Shown here: one piece after another, positions 28,438 to 43,280 of the stretch
How positions within the stretch are numbered: the stretch's first letter is position 1
How the letters are laid out: each line of letters opens with the position of its first letter
Assembly: GCF_006345805.1 (NCBI RefSeq)
Contig: NC_043012.1
Location: 48,360,001-48,424,000 of the forward strand
Direction of reading: 5' to 3'
DNA: 64,000 bases
Origin: Octopus sinensis
Taxonomy: Eukaryota
The notes under the pieces: generated by a model
Seen by the model: the letters and a program-made list of their open reading frames with translations, nothing else
What the model was told of the DNA's origin: nothing
Databases searched by the model: none
Position numbers and translations under genes: made by a program

Positions 28438-29888
28438 CAAACACCCATACACTCACACTCACATACGCACACACCAACATAAACACGCACACGCACACGC
28501 ACACACACACCTACACTCCCACACACATACACACGCACCTACATACACACACATATACACACGCCCACACACCTACATACACACACATACATACACACAC
28601 ATACACGGACACACCCATACATACTTACATACATACACCTATACACACACGCCCACACACCTACATACACACACATGCATACACACACACACACATGTAC
28701 GCACACACACACACATATACGCACATACATATATATACCCACACACATGCACACACACACACACATACGCACATGCATGCATGCATGCATGCACACGCGC
28801 ACACCTACACGCATACACACACACACACGCACGTACACATACATACATACACACACGCATACATACACCATACACATACATGCATCCTACACATACATAC
28901 ACACTCACACATACATACACACACACACACTCACTCACACACCTGTATGTACGCGCACACCATGCACATACACACACTTCCCCACACCCACACGTACATA
29001 CATACACACTCACACACAATAAACACACACACACACGGACATACATACATCTATGCACACCATACATACGCACATACTCACATACATTCATCGGACACAC
29101 CACTGCCACCCGGACATACACACAAACACACTCACACATCCACACACATACATACTTACGCACATACTCGCAGGCTCGCGCACGCACGCGCTTGCGCCGG
29201 TTCGCGTACGCATACGCTCCGCAGGCACTCGCTCTTGGAACCGACAAGACCTCCCGCCCGTTCCTGGGACCGTCGCGTGTCGTTGGGTTTTCCACGCCCG
29301 CCTCCGCGGGACCACTCTTCCATCTTCTCCTCAGCTGGAGTCCTTTTTCCTTAACCCCCCCTTTTCGTTACACACACGCGCACACATATACACACATTGC
29401 TTAAATATATACATTACTCTTACACACACATTCAATCTACTCGCCATTTATACGACCACGACACTGGACACACACACACACTACTCAACAAACGCTGCCA
29501 CGCTACATACGCCCCCACCCCTTCCCCTCCCTCCCTCCTCCTTCCTTCTTTTTCTTACTACTGACCTTTGTCTGCTAAGCTGACCCTATCTCGCCCTACC
29601 TCACACGCCTACACACAGACGCACACACTAACACACACATATATATTTTTTTGTTTTTTCGTCTCGCCTCACACACACACATACACACACGCACACGCAC
29701 ACACTCACACATACACACCATCTGTTGCGTTACCAACCTTGTCTCCACTCTTTTGCCTTTAAAACCCCTTTGCTCTGTTTTCGTAAACATCCGCCTTTCA
29801 CATGTGCAACTCGTAAACACCAGTCGTCTTTTTTCTCTTTCCCTGTTGCCCGCTCGGGATCTTTCTTTCCTCTCTCTTCCTTCTTTAT

Positions 29889-29923
29889 GTTTCCGACGAA
29901 GAGCTCCGCTCGAAACGTCATAC
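29889..29923 (+). ncRNA. Minimal type I hammerhead motif, GAGC/GCTC family (U4C, extra A)
   Basis: GTTT-CCGACGA-A-GAGC-tcc-GCTC-GAA-ACGT-C|ATAC; one mismatch in helix I. Confidence 0.7.
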
Positions 29924-30007
29924 CTCCCTGCTTCCTTTTCCTGACGCCTATTAATAATAATACTGTAATTGTTCCATTGTTGTTGTTTTTTTGTTTCCGT
30001 TTGGATT

Positions 30008-30076
<69 letters not shown>

Positions 30077-30170
30077 TATATTATACATATATTATGTATA
30101 TCTAATCCATTTATCCATGTATCCATCAATCTATCTACTTCTCTCCCTGTTTCTTTTCTTGTGTTCCATT

Positions 30171-30204
30171 CTGTGGAAGAACGTAGGCTCGAAACGTTAA
30201 AGAC
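30171..30204 (+). ncRNA. Degenerate hammerhead-like motif related to the GAGC/GCTC family
   Basis: CTGTGGA-A-GAAC-gtag-GCTC-GAA-ACGT-T|AAAGAC. It has A6U and a helix II mismatch. A similar remnant lies at about 13711-13746 (-). Confidence 0.4.
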
Positions 30205-30339
30205 TTTTTCCTTCCCGAGCGTTAAACGAATACATCTGTTTGGTATCTACACCACCTGCCTTCGTCTTTTTTTTGTGAATATATTCCTGCATATATATAT
30301 ATATATATATATATAAAGACAAAATCATATTCTTTTATG

Positions 30340-30672
30340 CTAGTCGATTACATCGATCCTAGTACTCAACTGGTACTCATTTTATCGACGACGGAAGGAT
30401 AAAAGGCAAAGTCGGCCTCGGTGAAATTTGATATTAGACAGACGAAATGCTGCTAAGCATTTAGCACGCAGTGGTAACAGTTCTGCCAGTTGCTATATTG
30501 TGTTTAAAGTTTGACACAATGCCAGCAATTTGCAGGGAGGAGGCATGTTGGTTACACCGAGGGCAAAAAGTTTAAATGGTAATTCTGGGAAATTTGAACT
30601 CATAACGCAAAGACAGGCGAAATTCCGCCAAGCATTTTGCTCGATGTGCGACAATTCTGACAGCTCTCCACC
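30340..30672 (-). mobile_element. Two adjacent degenerate SINE family A copies
   Basis: Remnants of ATCGAC..GGAAGGATAAAAGGCAAAGTC and GCTAAGCATTT..TTCTGCCAG at about 30340-30490 and 30505-30672. Confidence 0.7.
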
Positions 30673-31467
30673 GCTCTGTTATCAGCTTTTATATTAAAAA
30701 CATACTTTTCTCTCCTGAAATCAGTGTGCGGCCATTGTGTTTTATACTGCAACAAAAACAAGTATACAAATTTTGCACGAATCAAATAAAGAACCTTTTT
30801 GTGGGCAGTCGATATACTAGAAATAAAAGTTAAAATCTCTCACGCTTCACTGGTTTCGAAAAAGAAAGGCCAGGGCAAGCACTGGATAACGGTATTGTCT
30901 AGAAATAAACTATTTTTCAAGGATGGTATGGCATGGCTTGGTGGACTACATTTAATCATAAATTTACCCTCACACGGATGTCAAGGAGTGTCAAACAACA
31001 ATAACAACCTCAACCATCACCACCACCACCACCACCACCACCACAACAACAACAACAAAAACAACTACAACTATAATGCAAAGATGAGAAACTCTGGGTT
31101 GTTTACCTGCTACAAATTGTAACTAAACCGCGTTCATGTTACACCTTAAGGTTTTCAAAACGTAATATACATCGGATAATGTAGTCCGACGTGAGCAGTA
31201 TCTATAAAGGTGGAATGCTCACGGAAAGAATGCCTCTAGCTCTAGGACTGTTCCAGCAGTGCTGGCCTGTGGGTAAACAATACTAACAACTAAAACAATT
31301 ATAACGTATCAATAGAGATGTGTCACTTATTTATAGAAATGTGACTCGATGATCGTCAGAGTTTAACTCTACGTTAAAACTGCAATTGAATAAATCTTAA
31401 GATCAAAGGCATTCCAAGCATGGCTACCTCGTCGTTTGTCTAATGTACAAGAAATTTTCTGATGTAC

Positions 31468-31545
31468 AAGAAATTTTAAAAAATAGCACGCGGGATTGTG
31501 AGGTCAAGACATCAAAATCCCGCGTGCTATTTTAAAAAATTTCTT
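31468..31545. repeat. ~34-bp stem hairpin preceded by a 16-bp direct duplication
   Basis: AAGAAATTTTAAAAAATAGCACGCGGGATT(GTGA) pairs with (TCAA)AATCCCGCGTGCTATTTTAAAAAATTTCTT. ATGTACAAGAAATTTT is present at 31443 and 31462. Confidence 0.9.
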
Positions 31546-32486
31546 TTTTATGACAGTTAATATATAATATGAGGCAGATTTGGTTTCTATTTCTTCAAGT
31601 CCGCACGACCACTTAGATATGTGGTCATTGGCTCAAATGGACAAAGTTTTCTCTTGATGTTCTTCTTTAATCCTGGATACATCTTAAGTACATTAAATCG
31701 ACGTCAGTGCTTCACTGCTTCTTAACATTATCAATCCCGGAAAGATGAAAAGTGAATCTGACCTCGACTGGTTTTGAACACAGAACATAAAGGGTTGTAA
31801 ATAAACACCGTAGGCATATTTCCTGACGCTCTGACGATTCTCCGAGCAGACATATATATGCATATTGTTTGGTGGAAGGTTAGAGATGAAAGATATTATA
31901 TTATGATAGATGGTGTCCTACAGATATAGTGCGTTCTCTTGATGATTCAGCTGTGGAATGCCTTCGTGCAAATCCCGTTAAGGAAGTAATCACACCACTT
32001 TACTGGTGTAGTAATATGTCTGCTGACGTTCATCTTTAATTTTATTTTTTGTAGTTGCTGTTGTTGTTATATGGGTAGTTGTCAGTTGTTGTTGTTGTTG
32101 CTGCTGTTGTGACTAATGGCGTTGTTGCTGTAACGTCTTTTTTTTTCCTTGTTGTTACCAAGCAGTTGTTATTGATTCTGTTGTGCTTGTTGTTATTATT
32201 GTTGTTGTTGATATTGCTGTTGTCATTGATATCATCGTTGTTGATATTACTGTTATTGCTGCTGCAGTTGTTGTTGTTGTTGTTGTTGTTGTTCATGTTG
32301 CCGTTGTTGTTGCTGTTGTTGCAGTTATAGTTCTTTTGAAATCCTACTTTCTAAAACTTTGTACCGATTGATTACTGTTTTTATCTGTGAAAAATCTCAG
32401 CAGTTTCACATGTTATGCGTGCTTGCGTGTCTGCATAAAAATATGTGTGCGTGTGTGTGTGTATGTGGCTTTGCGTGAATGTGCAG

Positions 32487-32537
<51 letters not shown>

Positions 32538-32644
32538 ATACATATATATATATAGATATATATACATATATACACATACCTACATATATATGTGTGTATA
32601 TCTATATATATATAGATATATATATATATATATATCTATATATA

Positions 32645-32686
<42 letters not shown>

Positions 32687-32887
32687 TGTATGTATATATT
32701 AGATTATATATATATATATTATATATATATATATATATATAATATATATATATATATATACATGCACGTATGAAGTATGTATATGTACAGAGAGAGAGAG
32801 AGACAGACAGACAGAGAAACCGAGCGCCAGATAGATGATACATATGCATATACATACATATACATATACATATTATATATATGTAAA

Positions 32888-32938
<51 letters not shown>

Positions 32939-32963
32939 CAATATGTATATGCATATATATATA

Positions 32964-33004
<41 letters not shown>

Positions 33005-33786
33005 CATGCATACATACATACAGGCATGTATGCACAAATTTTCATACACACACAGGCATACATATATACACACATATACATGCATATATATAAATATTCA
33101 TGTATATCTGTAGATCCGCACACATGAGCATACACATATATGTAAATACATATGTACACACACATGTACACATATAGATTCATATACACATACTCATATA
33201 TAAAGCATATATAAACACACAAACACATATATCTATGTATACCTAACCATACATATTTTTACACACATACATGTATACATACATATTTTGCGTATGTTTG
33301 TGTGTGTGTGTGTGTGTTTATGTGTGTTTGTATGTGTGTGAATATGTGGCCACCCCTATATTTTTATCAACCCGTGCCTCAGTGTCTTCATATCAAGAGA
33401 AAGGGGTGGCAAAATAAATCTTGATGTTTAAAGATACAGGAAGAGTATTCAAAATACAAAGATACATTCACTTACACATGCAGGTAAAGGTGTGCACACA
33501 CGTTGATAGAAAGATAGATATATCCATTGCTTGACTGATAGATAGATGAGACAGACAGGCAGACAGACAGATAGATAGAGAGATAGATAGAGGAAGAAAG
33601 GGTGAGAGATTAAAATGTTAGTTTGATGGATATAGGCGAAAGACAGAATGCTCGTAGGGTAAAACAACAAATAGCTAAGTAGGTAAAAATAAGTTGTATG
33701 CATGAGTGTGTGTGTGTCTGAGAGAGAGAGAGGGAGAGAGGGGGAGAGTCTAAACATGTGTATGCATTTATGTATATATATATATA

Positions 33787-33826
<40 letters not shown>

Positions 33827-33827
33827 A

Positions 33828-33871
<44 letters not shown>

Positions 33872-34324
33872 GCGAAAATTTGTGCGTGTCAGTGTGTCAT
33901 ACTTAGAACCCAATCTCTCACTATTCAATGACAATCTTATTATTCTTCATGATGGGGCGAGAGTAACAGTAGGCATAGAGAAGGTGAAGGCGGTGACGAC
34001 GACAGAGAGAGAGAGAGAAGAAAAGAAAGAATGAAAAAGAATGGGAGAGAAAGAGAGACAAAGAAATTTAGAGAGAGTTGATGATGTTATATTAAAAGTA
34101 GTAGCGTTGATGGTGGCAGTGGGAGAAATAATAAAAGCGAGAGAAAGAGTATGTGAGAGAAAGAGGGAGATGATTTACAATTTTGTGTAACCATATTTCT
34201 TTGAGAGAAATTCCTATGTCCAACATCCTGAACATTATCATTTTTGTTTTATTTTTTTATCTCTTAAATACACATATATATATGTACATACACACACACA
34301 AATTGTCTACTACATATGTGAAAA

Positions 34325-34830
34325 CTCGGTGTCAGTTTGTTTGTGGCGTTGTTAGCTAACTCCTCGTACATCGTTTTATTCATTTTGATGAAACTTAACA
34401 CGTGAGTAGAACTCATGTCTGGAAACCTCGTGACATACTTAGATTGTTGAAAAAATCGATAATACGGCCTCTGGGAGGGACCTTTATATCTACCTCAAAT
34501 AACTATTTTTTTAAACACGCAAGGGAAATAATCCATAGTATCTGCCCAATATTTTTTTAAACACTCAAGGGAAGTAATCCATTCCATTGTTTATGTTCGA
34601 TTTCTTATAATATTGATTTTTTTGTTTGTTCAATTTCTAATTTTTGCTGACAATATCACTTTATTTGACACGTGAGTAGAACTCATGTCTGGAAACCTCG
34701 TGACATGCTTAAATTGTTGAAACAAATTGATACTAGGGCTCTTCCAATGAATCCTTCTATCTACTATATATAACTAATATTTTATTTAAACAACCCAACG
34801 GAAATAATCCATAACACCTGCAGTCTATAG
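34325..34830 (+). mobile_element. Element with a 270-bp-period internal tandem repeat, possibly Helentron/DINE-1-like non-autonomous
   Basis: ACACGTGAGTAGAACTCATGTCTGGAAACCTCGTGACAT at 34398 and 34668, preceded by GTTTGTTTGT..TAACTC..TTTTGATGAAACTT, which resembles DINE-1/HINE cores. The class assignment is an inference. Confidence 0.45.
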
Positions 34831-35553
34831 CAAAAGGTCAATATTTGATTCTCACGATCAGCCGACCTAATTCTGCATTTCACTATCACAGTTTTGAAAT
34901 ACTAATCATTATTTTTGCACTTCCTTAATTTGAATCTTTAACTTTAAAGACTTCATTCATACATTTCCATACATACATACTGTTTTGAATGCCCATTACT
35001 CCAATAATTCTGCATTTTTACACTTACACTTTTTCGATGACAGGAGATATTTTTTTTATTCCACAAAGTATTTGTTGTGGCTTCATGCAGACATAGAGTG
35101 GATTCGATCCTCGATTGCCAAATTTAACTTAACACTTCAACAACGCTTTTTCCACGGTAAAACAATAGTTTTTTTCTGTGAATGACAGCAGTTATACTTT
35201 TCTCAAATGCCTTCGCTACGCAGAATAAAGTCTTTGCCGCTTGACCCTTCTAACCTCTTCTAGGCCACCACTAGCTGGAATGGAGATAACAGACCTCCAA
35301 GGAAATTATTTGTGCTCAACAATATGTCTATCCTTCTGGCTGCTTTTCCATTGTTATAAAAACAAGAACTCCGTAAGCTAAAGGCAGTTACTGAGAGCGA
35401 CCATCATTGAGTGTGAATGTTAATGTTATTATTGCACTTTCTTCAAACACTTCATTCATATATTTATATAACCTCTCTCACCAACCTCCGACAATCTTTC
35501 TCACAAACCTTCGAAAACCTCTCTCGCCAACCTCCCACAATCTCTCTCTCTCT

Positions 35554-35602
<49 letters not shown>

Positions 35603-35844
35603 GTTGACAGTTTTTGGACTTTTTCGTGACGAAAAATACACCTTTTGTGGCAGTTATAACGAAATTGCTTTCTTATATCAGAGTAATAAGGCGTTTCAAT
35701 AGAACATCTTTACCCCCGGGAATTACCGCGTACACCAACGAGATTACGCTTTATTTGAAAAAAAAAATTCCCCAAAAGTAAATAAATCTAATATAATAAA
35801 TGAGAATGTCAGTGTCACACTTTTACAACTTTCATAAATCCTTT

Positions 35845-36045
35845 CTGCTGGAAGCACAAGGCCTCAAATTTTGGGGGATGGGATTAAGTCGATGACATCG
35901 ACCGTAGTACGTAACTGGCACTAATTTTATCGACCCCGAAAGGAAAAGTCAACCTCGGTCGAGTTCGAGCTCAAAACCTAACGGCGGAAGAACTGACGCT
36001 AAGCATTTTGCCCGCCGTGCTAACGATTCTACCAGCTCGATGCCT
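35845..36045 (-). mobile_element. SINE family A, near full length
   Basis: CACAAGGCC..AAGTCGAT..ATCGACC..TTTATCGACCCCGAAAGG..GCTAAGCATTTTGCCCG..GCTAACGATTCTACCAGCTC. Confidence 0.85.
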
Positions 36046-36438
36046 TAATATAATAATATAATATAATAAAAATGAATGACTGTGTGTCACACGTTTTCAG
36101 ATTTATTCCTATAGACCATTGCCCCACATATCATACCATTTTGGAATCAAGCTGATTGTGTGAGTAAATTAAAATCATTCCGGGCCGAATCCGGTCCTGC
36201 AACCCCGAAACTTTGGATTCCTATGTTTTCATTACTGCGATTGTTTTCGGTAATTTTCTTTGCGACGAATATGATCATCATTGAGATATGACTCTGGAGG
36301 AAGCAATTGCAACAAATTCTCGAAATCAAGTTAGCGATCTGTTTGCAGATCTTCCCATTCAGGGTCAGTTGCTTAAAAGCTATATACTATCTCAAAAGCC
36401 GCCCGATATGTCGGCTTTTAAGCTAATATATATTATAT

Positions 36439-36470
<32 letters not shown>

Positions 36471-36684
36471 TTGTATGTATGTGTTTGTGTGTACCTAGGG
36501 TAGAATCGTTAGCGAGTCGGACATAATGCTTAGCAACACATCTTCTAGGTTGTGTTTTCGTTCTGCGTTCAAACGTTTCTGCGTTCGACTTTGCTGTCCA
36601 TCCTGTTGCAATCGATTAGATATGTACCAACTGAACACTGGCATCGTTGTAATCGATTAGCCTTTCCCACAAAATTTCCCCAAT

Positions 36685-37486
<802 letters not shown>

Positions 37487-38025
37487 AGCAGTGCGTGCCA
37501 TCAAAGTGACACTGGGGTAAAATATACGAAGCCCAATATACCCATCATGACTACCCGTCTGATAAAGGTACACCAGGCACATGCATCACAACCATATGTG
37601 CGCGACATGGTGATCTCATATCAAGATAAACAGCACATGACCTTGCATGTGGGGCCCAGTTAGAATTTTCTTCAGGTTGAGTAGCCCATCCCGCTCAAAC
37701 GGTTTCCTGAATAAGGGTTGTTTAAGGGTGTTGAACGAACCACCCCTGTTTCCAAAGGTGAATTATCCAAACCTCTAAGAATTCCTACACGGCTACGATG
37801 CTCCCCCACTACTTCTGCTCGTGGTTAGAGATGCACATATCGTCAGCCACTAAGGGACATGCTCAACTGGTTATGGTCAAACAACTGACAAGCAAATCTG
37901 TGGTATTGAACAGAATATTTGCTGTAACCCATCTTTTATACCAAGACAAAACAATGTACATGATAACACTTCCAATCAGTTCAGTTCAGAAGCCATGAGA
38001 GCCAATGTTCGGTACTACATCAGGG
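37487..38025 (-). mobile_element. ~540-bp non-coding interspersed element ending (minus strand) in a long (AAT)n tract; probably the 3' part of a microsatellite-targeting retroelement
   Basis: High-complexity, GC-richer block with a sharp boundary at the (ATT)n array. Polarity and class are inferred from the tail only. Confidence 0.45.
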
Positions 38026-38029
38026 CATA

Positions 38030-38167
38030 GGTCGTCTTTGCCTTTCATCCTTTCGGGGTCGATAAAAAAAGTACCAGTTACGCACTGGGGTCGATGTAAT
38101 CGACTTAATCCGTTTGTCTGTCCTTGTTTGTCCCCTCTATGTTTAGCCCCCTGTGGGCAATAAAGAA

Positions 38168-38168
<1 letters not shown>
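38030..38168 (+). mobile_element. 3' half of SINE family A
   Basis: GTCGTCTTTGCCTTTCATCCTTTCGGGGTCGATAAA...GTGGGCAATAAAGAAAT then (ATT)n. Confidence 0.9.
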
Positions 38169-38218
<50 letters not shown>

Positions 38219-38701
38219 GTTGTTATCATCATCATCATCATCATCATCATCATCGCATCCCATATTATGGATATAAGTTATAAATTTTGTTATAGGTTTT
38301 TTCTGTATGTTTCTAAAATATCATTTGGTGCTGCATTCGCCTATCCGTCCAAACGTTATTGGTGGCATAACAGATTATGTGCGTTGGCGGATGAATCTAA
38401 TGCTCCGATGGTATTTGTTACAACTTTCACGTCAGTTGCTGTACATACTACAATCTTGATAAGCAGACGTATTTTTAGTTCTTTTCTGCTTCCTTATCTC
38501 TAATGGTTTTTCTGAAGGAACAGCAGCCTCAGTCATGAGGAATTCGTCTTTTTTTTTTCTTTTTTCTTTAAGTCATTTATATTGCTATATCGTCTGCTTT
38601 ATTCAAGTCATCTCCCTGGATGTGAAAATCCCATGGAAGTTTTCGTTTACCATGTTAACTTAGTATTTTCCTGCTATATGATTGTATCTCAATCATGTGC
38701 T

Positions 38702-38733
<32 letters not shown>

Positions 38734-39545
38734 TGGTGGGAGTTACAATATGACTATTATAAGCTGAGACAAACCTAATTATGAAATTGCATGTACTCCT
38801 TCAGAGCTAACACTTTGCACCCGGCTATAATAAACTCAGCTGTTTCCACCCGCCTATTACATAGGTGATATTCAACGTTGATTATAGATCTGGCATTTGT
38901 ACTAGATCTCAAACAGCAACTTAACAAACGCTCAGTTTTCTCTATTCAAAAGTAACTTCCATACTCAGTGACCATTTTTCATGCCTCTGTGAAACTTTCT
39001 ATGTAACCGCATTTCTTCAAGCGCTTTCTTTCTCTCCCGTTCCGATTTTGTATGCCTTCTTTTTTCCCCCATTTTCAGCACAAGTAACACCTAGTTCTAG
39101 TAGCTTCGAAGAAAGGAATTCAACTACATCTCTACTACGTTGCTGAGTATTTTTTTCGCTTAATTTTGCATTAAAACGTTTATAAGTTCCTGAAACACAC
39201 CCTTTTAGATAAACATTTGTACACACTCACACACGCGCAAATATATATGTATATATACCCCTTCCTCGTCTATAAATAGAAAACATTCTTGTTTGTCTCT
39301 ATTGAACCAAATAAAGAAATCCCCTCCCCATTGATAAATCTAAATAATAAAGTGAACTCAGTGATAAAAAATCTACAGATGGAGAAGGACCTTCTACTAC
39401 CATGTTCCTAATGATGAAATTAACCTCTCTGTCTATATATCTACCCTCTTTATAATGTTGAGAAATTAAATAAGTATAAAAATGTACGTTGTACATTAAA
39501 TTAAAAAAATTTATATGTGGCTGAAGATTGCTCTACATTTTAAAA

Positions 39546-39601
39546 CTGATGTAATACTTACATTGTTTAATAAAATGAAGTAGCATGAAACGATTGTACT
39601 A
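39546..39601 (+). ncRNA. Decayed type I hammerhead motif, ACGATTGT family (same family as the 24985-25121 hairpin)
   Basis: CTGATGT-aa-TACTT-a-CATT-gtttaataa-AATG-AAGTA-gcat-GAA-ACGATTGT-A|CTA. The downstream tail (TTGTTGCTT..TTATAATCACCCCA) matches 25099-25130. Confidence 0.55.
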
Positions 39602-40337
39602 CACTACCTTGGATATACTTGTTGCTTATTTTGATTATAATCACCCCATTTGATTCATATGGATAATACCATACAAAATTCTGGTGCCTTTAACATAAGT
39701 ACCATATTCATCTGAATCTAAATTTTGCTGAGCGTATATATATATATATACAGAGATACACACAAGCACACATGCACACATATACACACACATACACACA
39801 CAGAGAGACTTTTGTGTACGCGCGCGTGTGTGTGTGTGTGCTTGTGTTGGCATGTGTGCATGGATAGAGTTCTATGTGCATATTATGTTGTAGTGATTGA
39901 AATCTCAGTTCTGCAATTTAAAATAATCTAAAATCTGGTCATTCAGGGCTTTGTGAGTGGAACTGGATAGACGGAAACTGTGTGGAACTCTTACATATGC
40001 ATTACACCTACAATTCTAAGTGTCGCTTTTGACATACCCTTTGCTTCATACTCATTCTGCTTGGAAATTACGTTTACGGTGACGGTGGTAAAGGCATAAT
40101 CAACTGCTTCATCTATCTTTCAGTGACTGGAGAGACCAGTTGATCGAAGAATAAAATATACATCGTCGAAACCGATGAAGAACCTTTGTCTTTTCTTTTT
40201 AATTTTATGAATAGATACATACATAGACACACGCGTCGCGCACTCCTATATATATCTCTGGGCGTGTGTTTATGTATGCGTCTGTAATAAATAAATGTGT
40301 GGGTGTGCGTGTGTCTGTATGTATTTGACTATGTATG

Positions 40338-40385
<48 letters not shown>

Positions 40386-40457
40386 ACCACTAACACACAT
40401 ATATATGTACATATACATATGGACGAATATGTGTAAATATATACACATATACGTCTA

Positions 40458-40514
<57 letters not shown>

Positions 40515-40565
40515 GTATGTATATATATATATATATGTATGTATGTATATATATATATATTATAT

Positions 40566-40623
<58 letters not shown>

Positions 40624-41317
40624 CTATTGTATGTCTTTGTAAACATACTATAATATAAACGTACGTATATGATACGTAAATCCACTTGTACACAACTTCA
40701 AACCAATTCAAATTTGTGTTTGTGTTTGTGTATGTGTAAATGTATATTTGTATGCATCCGTGTACAGACACTTATATTGAATCACATATGCATAGAGTTT
40801 GCAGTATATTTTACATTCGATCTCTCATACATAATACATGTCTAAGCATATTCTCTTCCAATATATTCTAAGTTTTACCATAATGATTCTCTTTCAACTT
40901 GTATTAGGGTTTGTTTTAAAAAGATAAATCATTTACAGTATATATTTATTTATTCTTCTTTTGTTCATACACACACTTGAGAAGTCTACATCTCTTCCAT
41001 GTTCCAACACAGCTTTCTTCTATATAACATATGTTGTCCTCCATATTTGCATATTTTTCTCCAGCAATCATGGCGGCTCGGATCCTTTCAAGTGTAAGTT
41101 TTCCAGACATCCATGTATTTCAAGATACACAAACAAACTCCGCCCCACCACGCACACACACGCACACACATACACTCACTCACACACACACACACACACT
41201 CACACAGACAGACGCACGCATATTTTAACATATTCACTGAAGTGTATGTACTTATATTTGTTTTTTTTTCTATGAATATATGTATAAATGTGTGTATGTA
41301 TGTATTGTATGTATATA

Positions 41318-41353
<36 letters not shown>

Positions 41354-41390
41354 CGTGTGTTTATATTTGTATGTGCACATATACATACAT

Positions 41391-41423
<33 letters not shown>

Positions 41424-41585
41424 GAGAGAGATAGACAGATAGATACATGTTTATATATATAGGTATACATGTGTATGGTGTATGTATATTGTATGTCATG
41501 CTTGCATGTAAATGTGTATAACTGAAATATACTCAGGTATATTTAGATATATTGTTTTCTTATGCAGGCACACACATCTTTATAA

Positions 41586-41667
<82 letters not shown>

Positions 41668-42680
41668 GTAATTCATAAAACAACATATGTGTATATATAT
41701 GTACGTCCTTACATATGTATATATTACATATGCGTAGATATATGTATACACACAACAGTCAAAAATGTACTTGCACATTAATATACAATATGAGGTATGA
41801 AAATGTATTTTGATGAATGTATGTGTCTTGTGTGTTGATGTATGTATGTATATTTGTATGTATTTGTATGTTTGCGTATGTATATACAAAGATTGCATGA
41901 GAGAGTGGGAGTGAGGTAAGAAGAGGATGGGATTTGTATATTAGTCAGTCAGGCGGCAGATTTGCAGCTTTACACTGAGATAATTTGATTTAGTTATAAC
42001 AAATACGATTTTAGTTTGACCGAGTTTGTCTATTAAAATATCGTTCAGTGGTTTTATACTGACACAACCCTTTCAGTTTTGAACTGAGTCAAACATTTAA
42101 CATGATTTTGTTCACATTTCTAATTTTAGAATATCAGAAATTAAAGCTTTTCACTTAAAACATCATCCCCGTTTTAGACAACAATCCGAACTTACGAACA
42201 AGCAACTACTTAAGATAGCGTATAGAGCTAGATTTTTCATTTTGGCCCAATTAGTTAATTTTTATGTAAATTGTTTTTATTTTGCCAATTATTTCTGGAC
42301 AAAAATATTCCTAACTTCTTTTCCATATACAAGATTTGTTGTTAACTCATCAAAACCAATTTGAGAAGAATATTAAGCTAATAAGATTTAAGCAGAAAAC
42401 TTGTTTGCAATCGTGTCACTTGTTTGCAAACAGATGTCGGATTTCCTCTCCTGAATATGTAAAATAGTTTTTCGAAATGAATTTTTAATTTCAACTAATT
42501 AACTTTCCATCTATTAGAGAGACGCTCAAAATTACCATCAGGCTCTTATAATCTTTCTCAAAGTGAAAGCCAAATTTCAATTAATTATTTCATTTTGATT
42601 AATTATTTTTGCATACATCATTCAGTATATAATCCCTTTATTTACCTGAATTCATGGTATACGTCTACCACATGTGTGTA

Positions 42681-42733
<53 letters not shown>

Positions 42734-42940
42734 TATGTGTGTGTGTGTACTCAAAATACGATATATTCCATGTTTATACTTGACAAACCAATGTGAAGAA
42801 CGCCTATACATTTATCTTAAATTTTAATATCACCCAAGAGAATATGTTTTCATAATTCCTGAATGAGCCAACAGCATTGGAATGGTTTATCATGTCAGTT
42901 TACACCTATTCATCATCTTAGTTGTATAGTCAGTAGCTTA

Positions 42941-42981
<41 letters not shown>

Positions 42982-42989
42982 TATATATA

Positions 42990-43049
42990 TGTTTGTGTGT
43001 GTGTGTGTGTGAGTGTGCATATATATATGTATATGTATATATATGATAA

Positions 43050-43099
<50 letters not shown>

Positions 43100-43243
43100 G
43101 TTTGTGTGTGTGTGAGTGTGCATATATATATGTATATGTATATATATGATAATATGTGTGTGTATATATATATTATATATGTTTGTGTGTGTGTGAGTGT
43201 GCATATATATATGTATATGTATATATATGATAATATGTGTGTG

Positions 43244-43260
<17 letters not shown>
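42990..43260. repeat. Higher-order minisatellite: three ~80-110-bp units built from TG/TA microsatellites
   Basis: GTTTGTGTG..GAGTGTGCATATATATATGTATATGTATATATATGATAATATGTGTGTG recurs at about 42990, 43100 and 43180. Confidence 0.85.

Positions 43261-43280
<20 letters not shown>

Larger units (their letters stand above)
26890..29200. repeat. Two long degenerate (CA)/(CATA)-rich tracts (about 26890-27490 and 28430-29180)
   Basis: Direct inspection; source of the H/T-rich and C/V-rich ORFs. Confidence 0.85.

Noticed and set aside
28434-29354. 306-aa His/Thr-rich ORF, the longest in the window
   Set aside because: It lies in a degenerate (CA)/(CATA) tract, has no domain-like content and is open in several frames on both strands.
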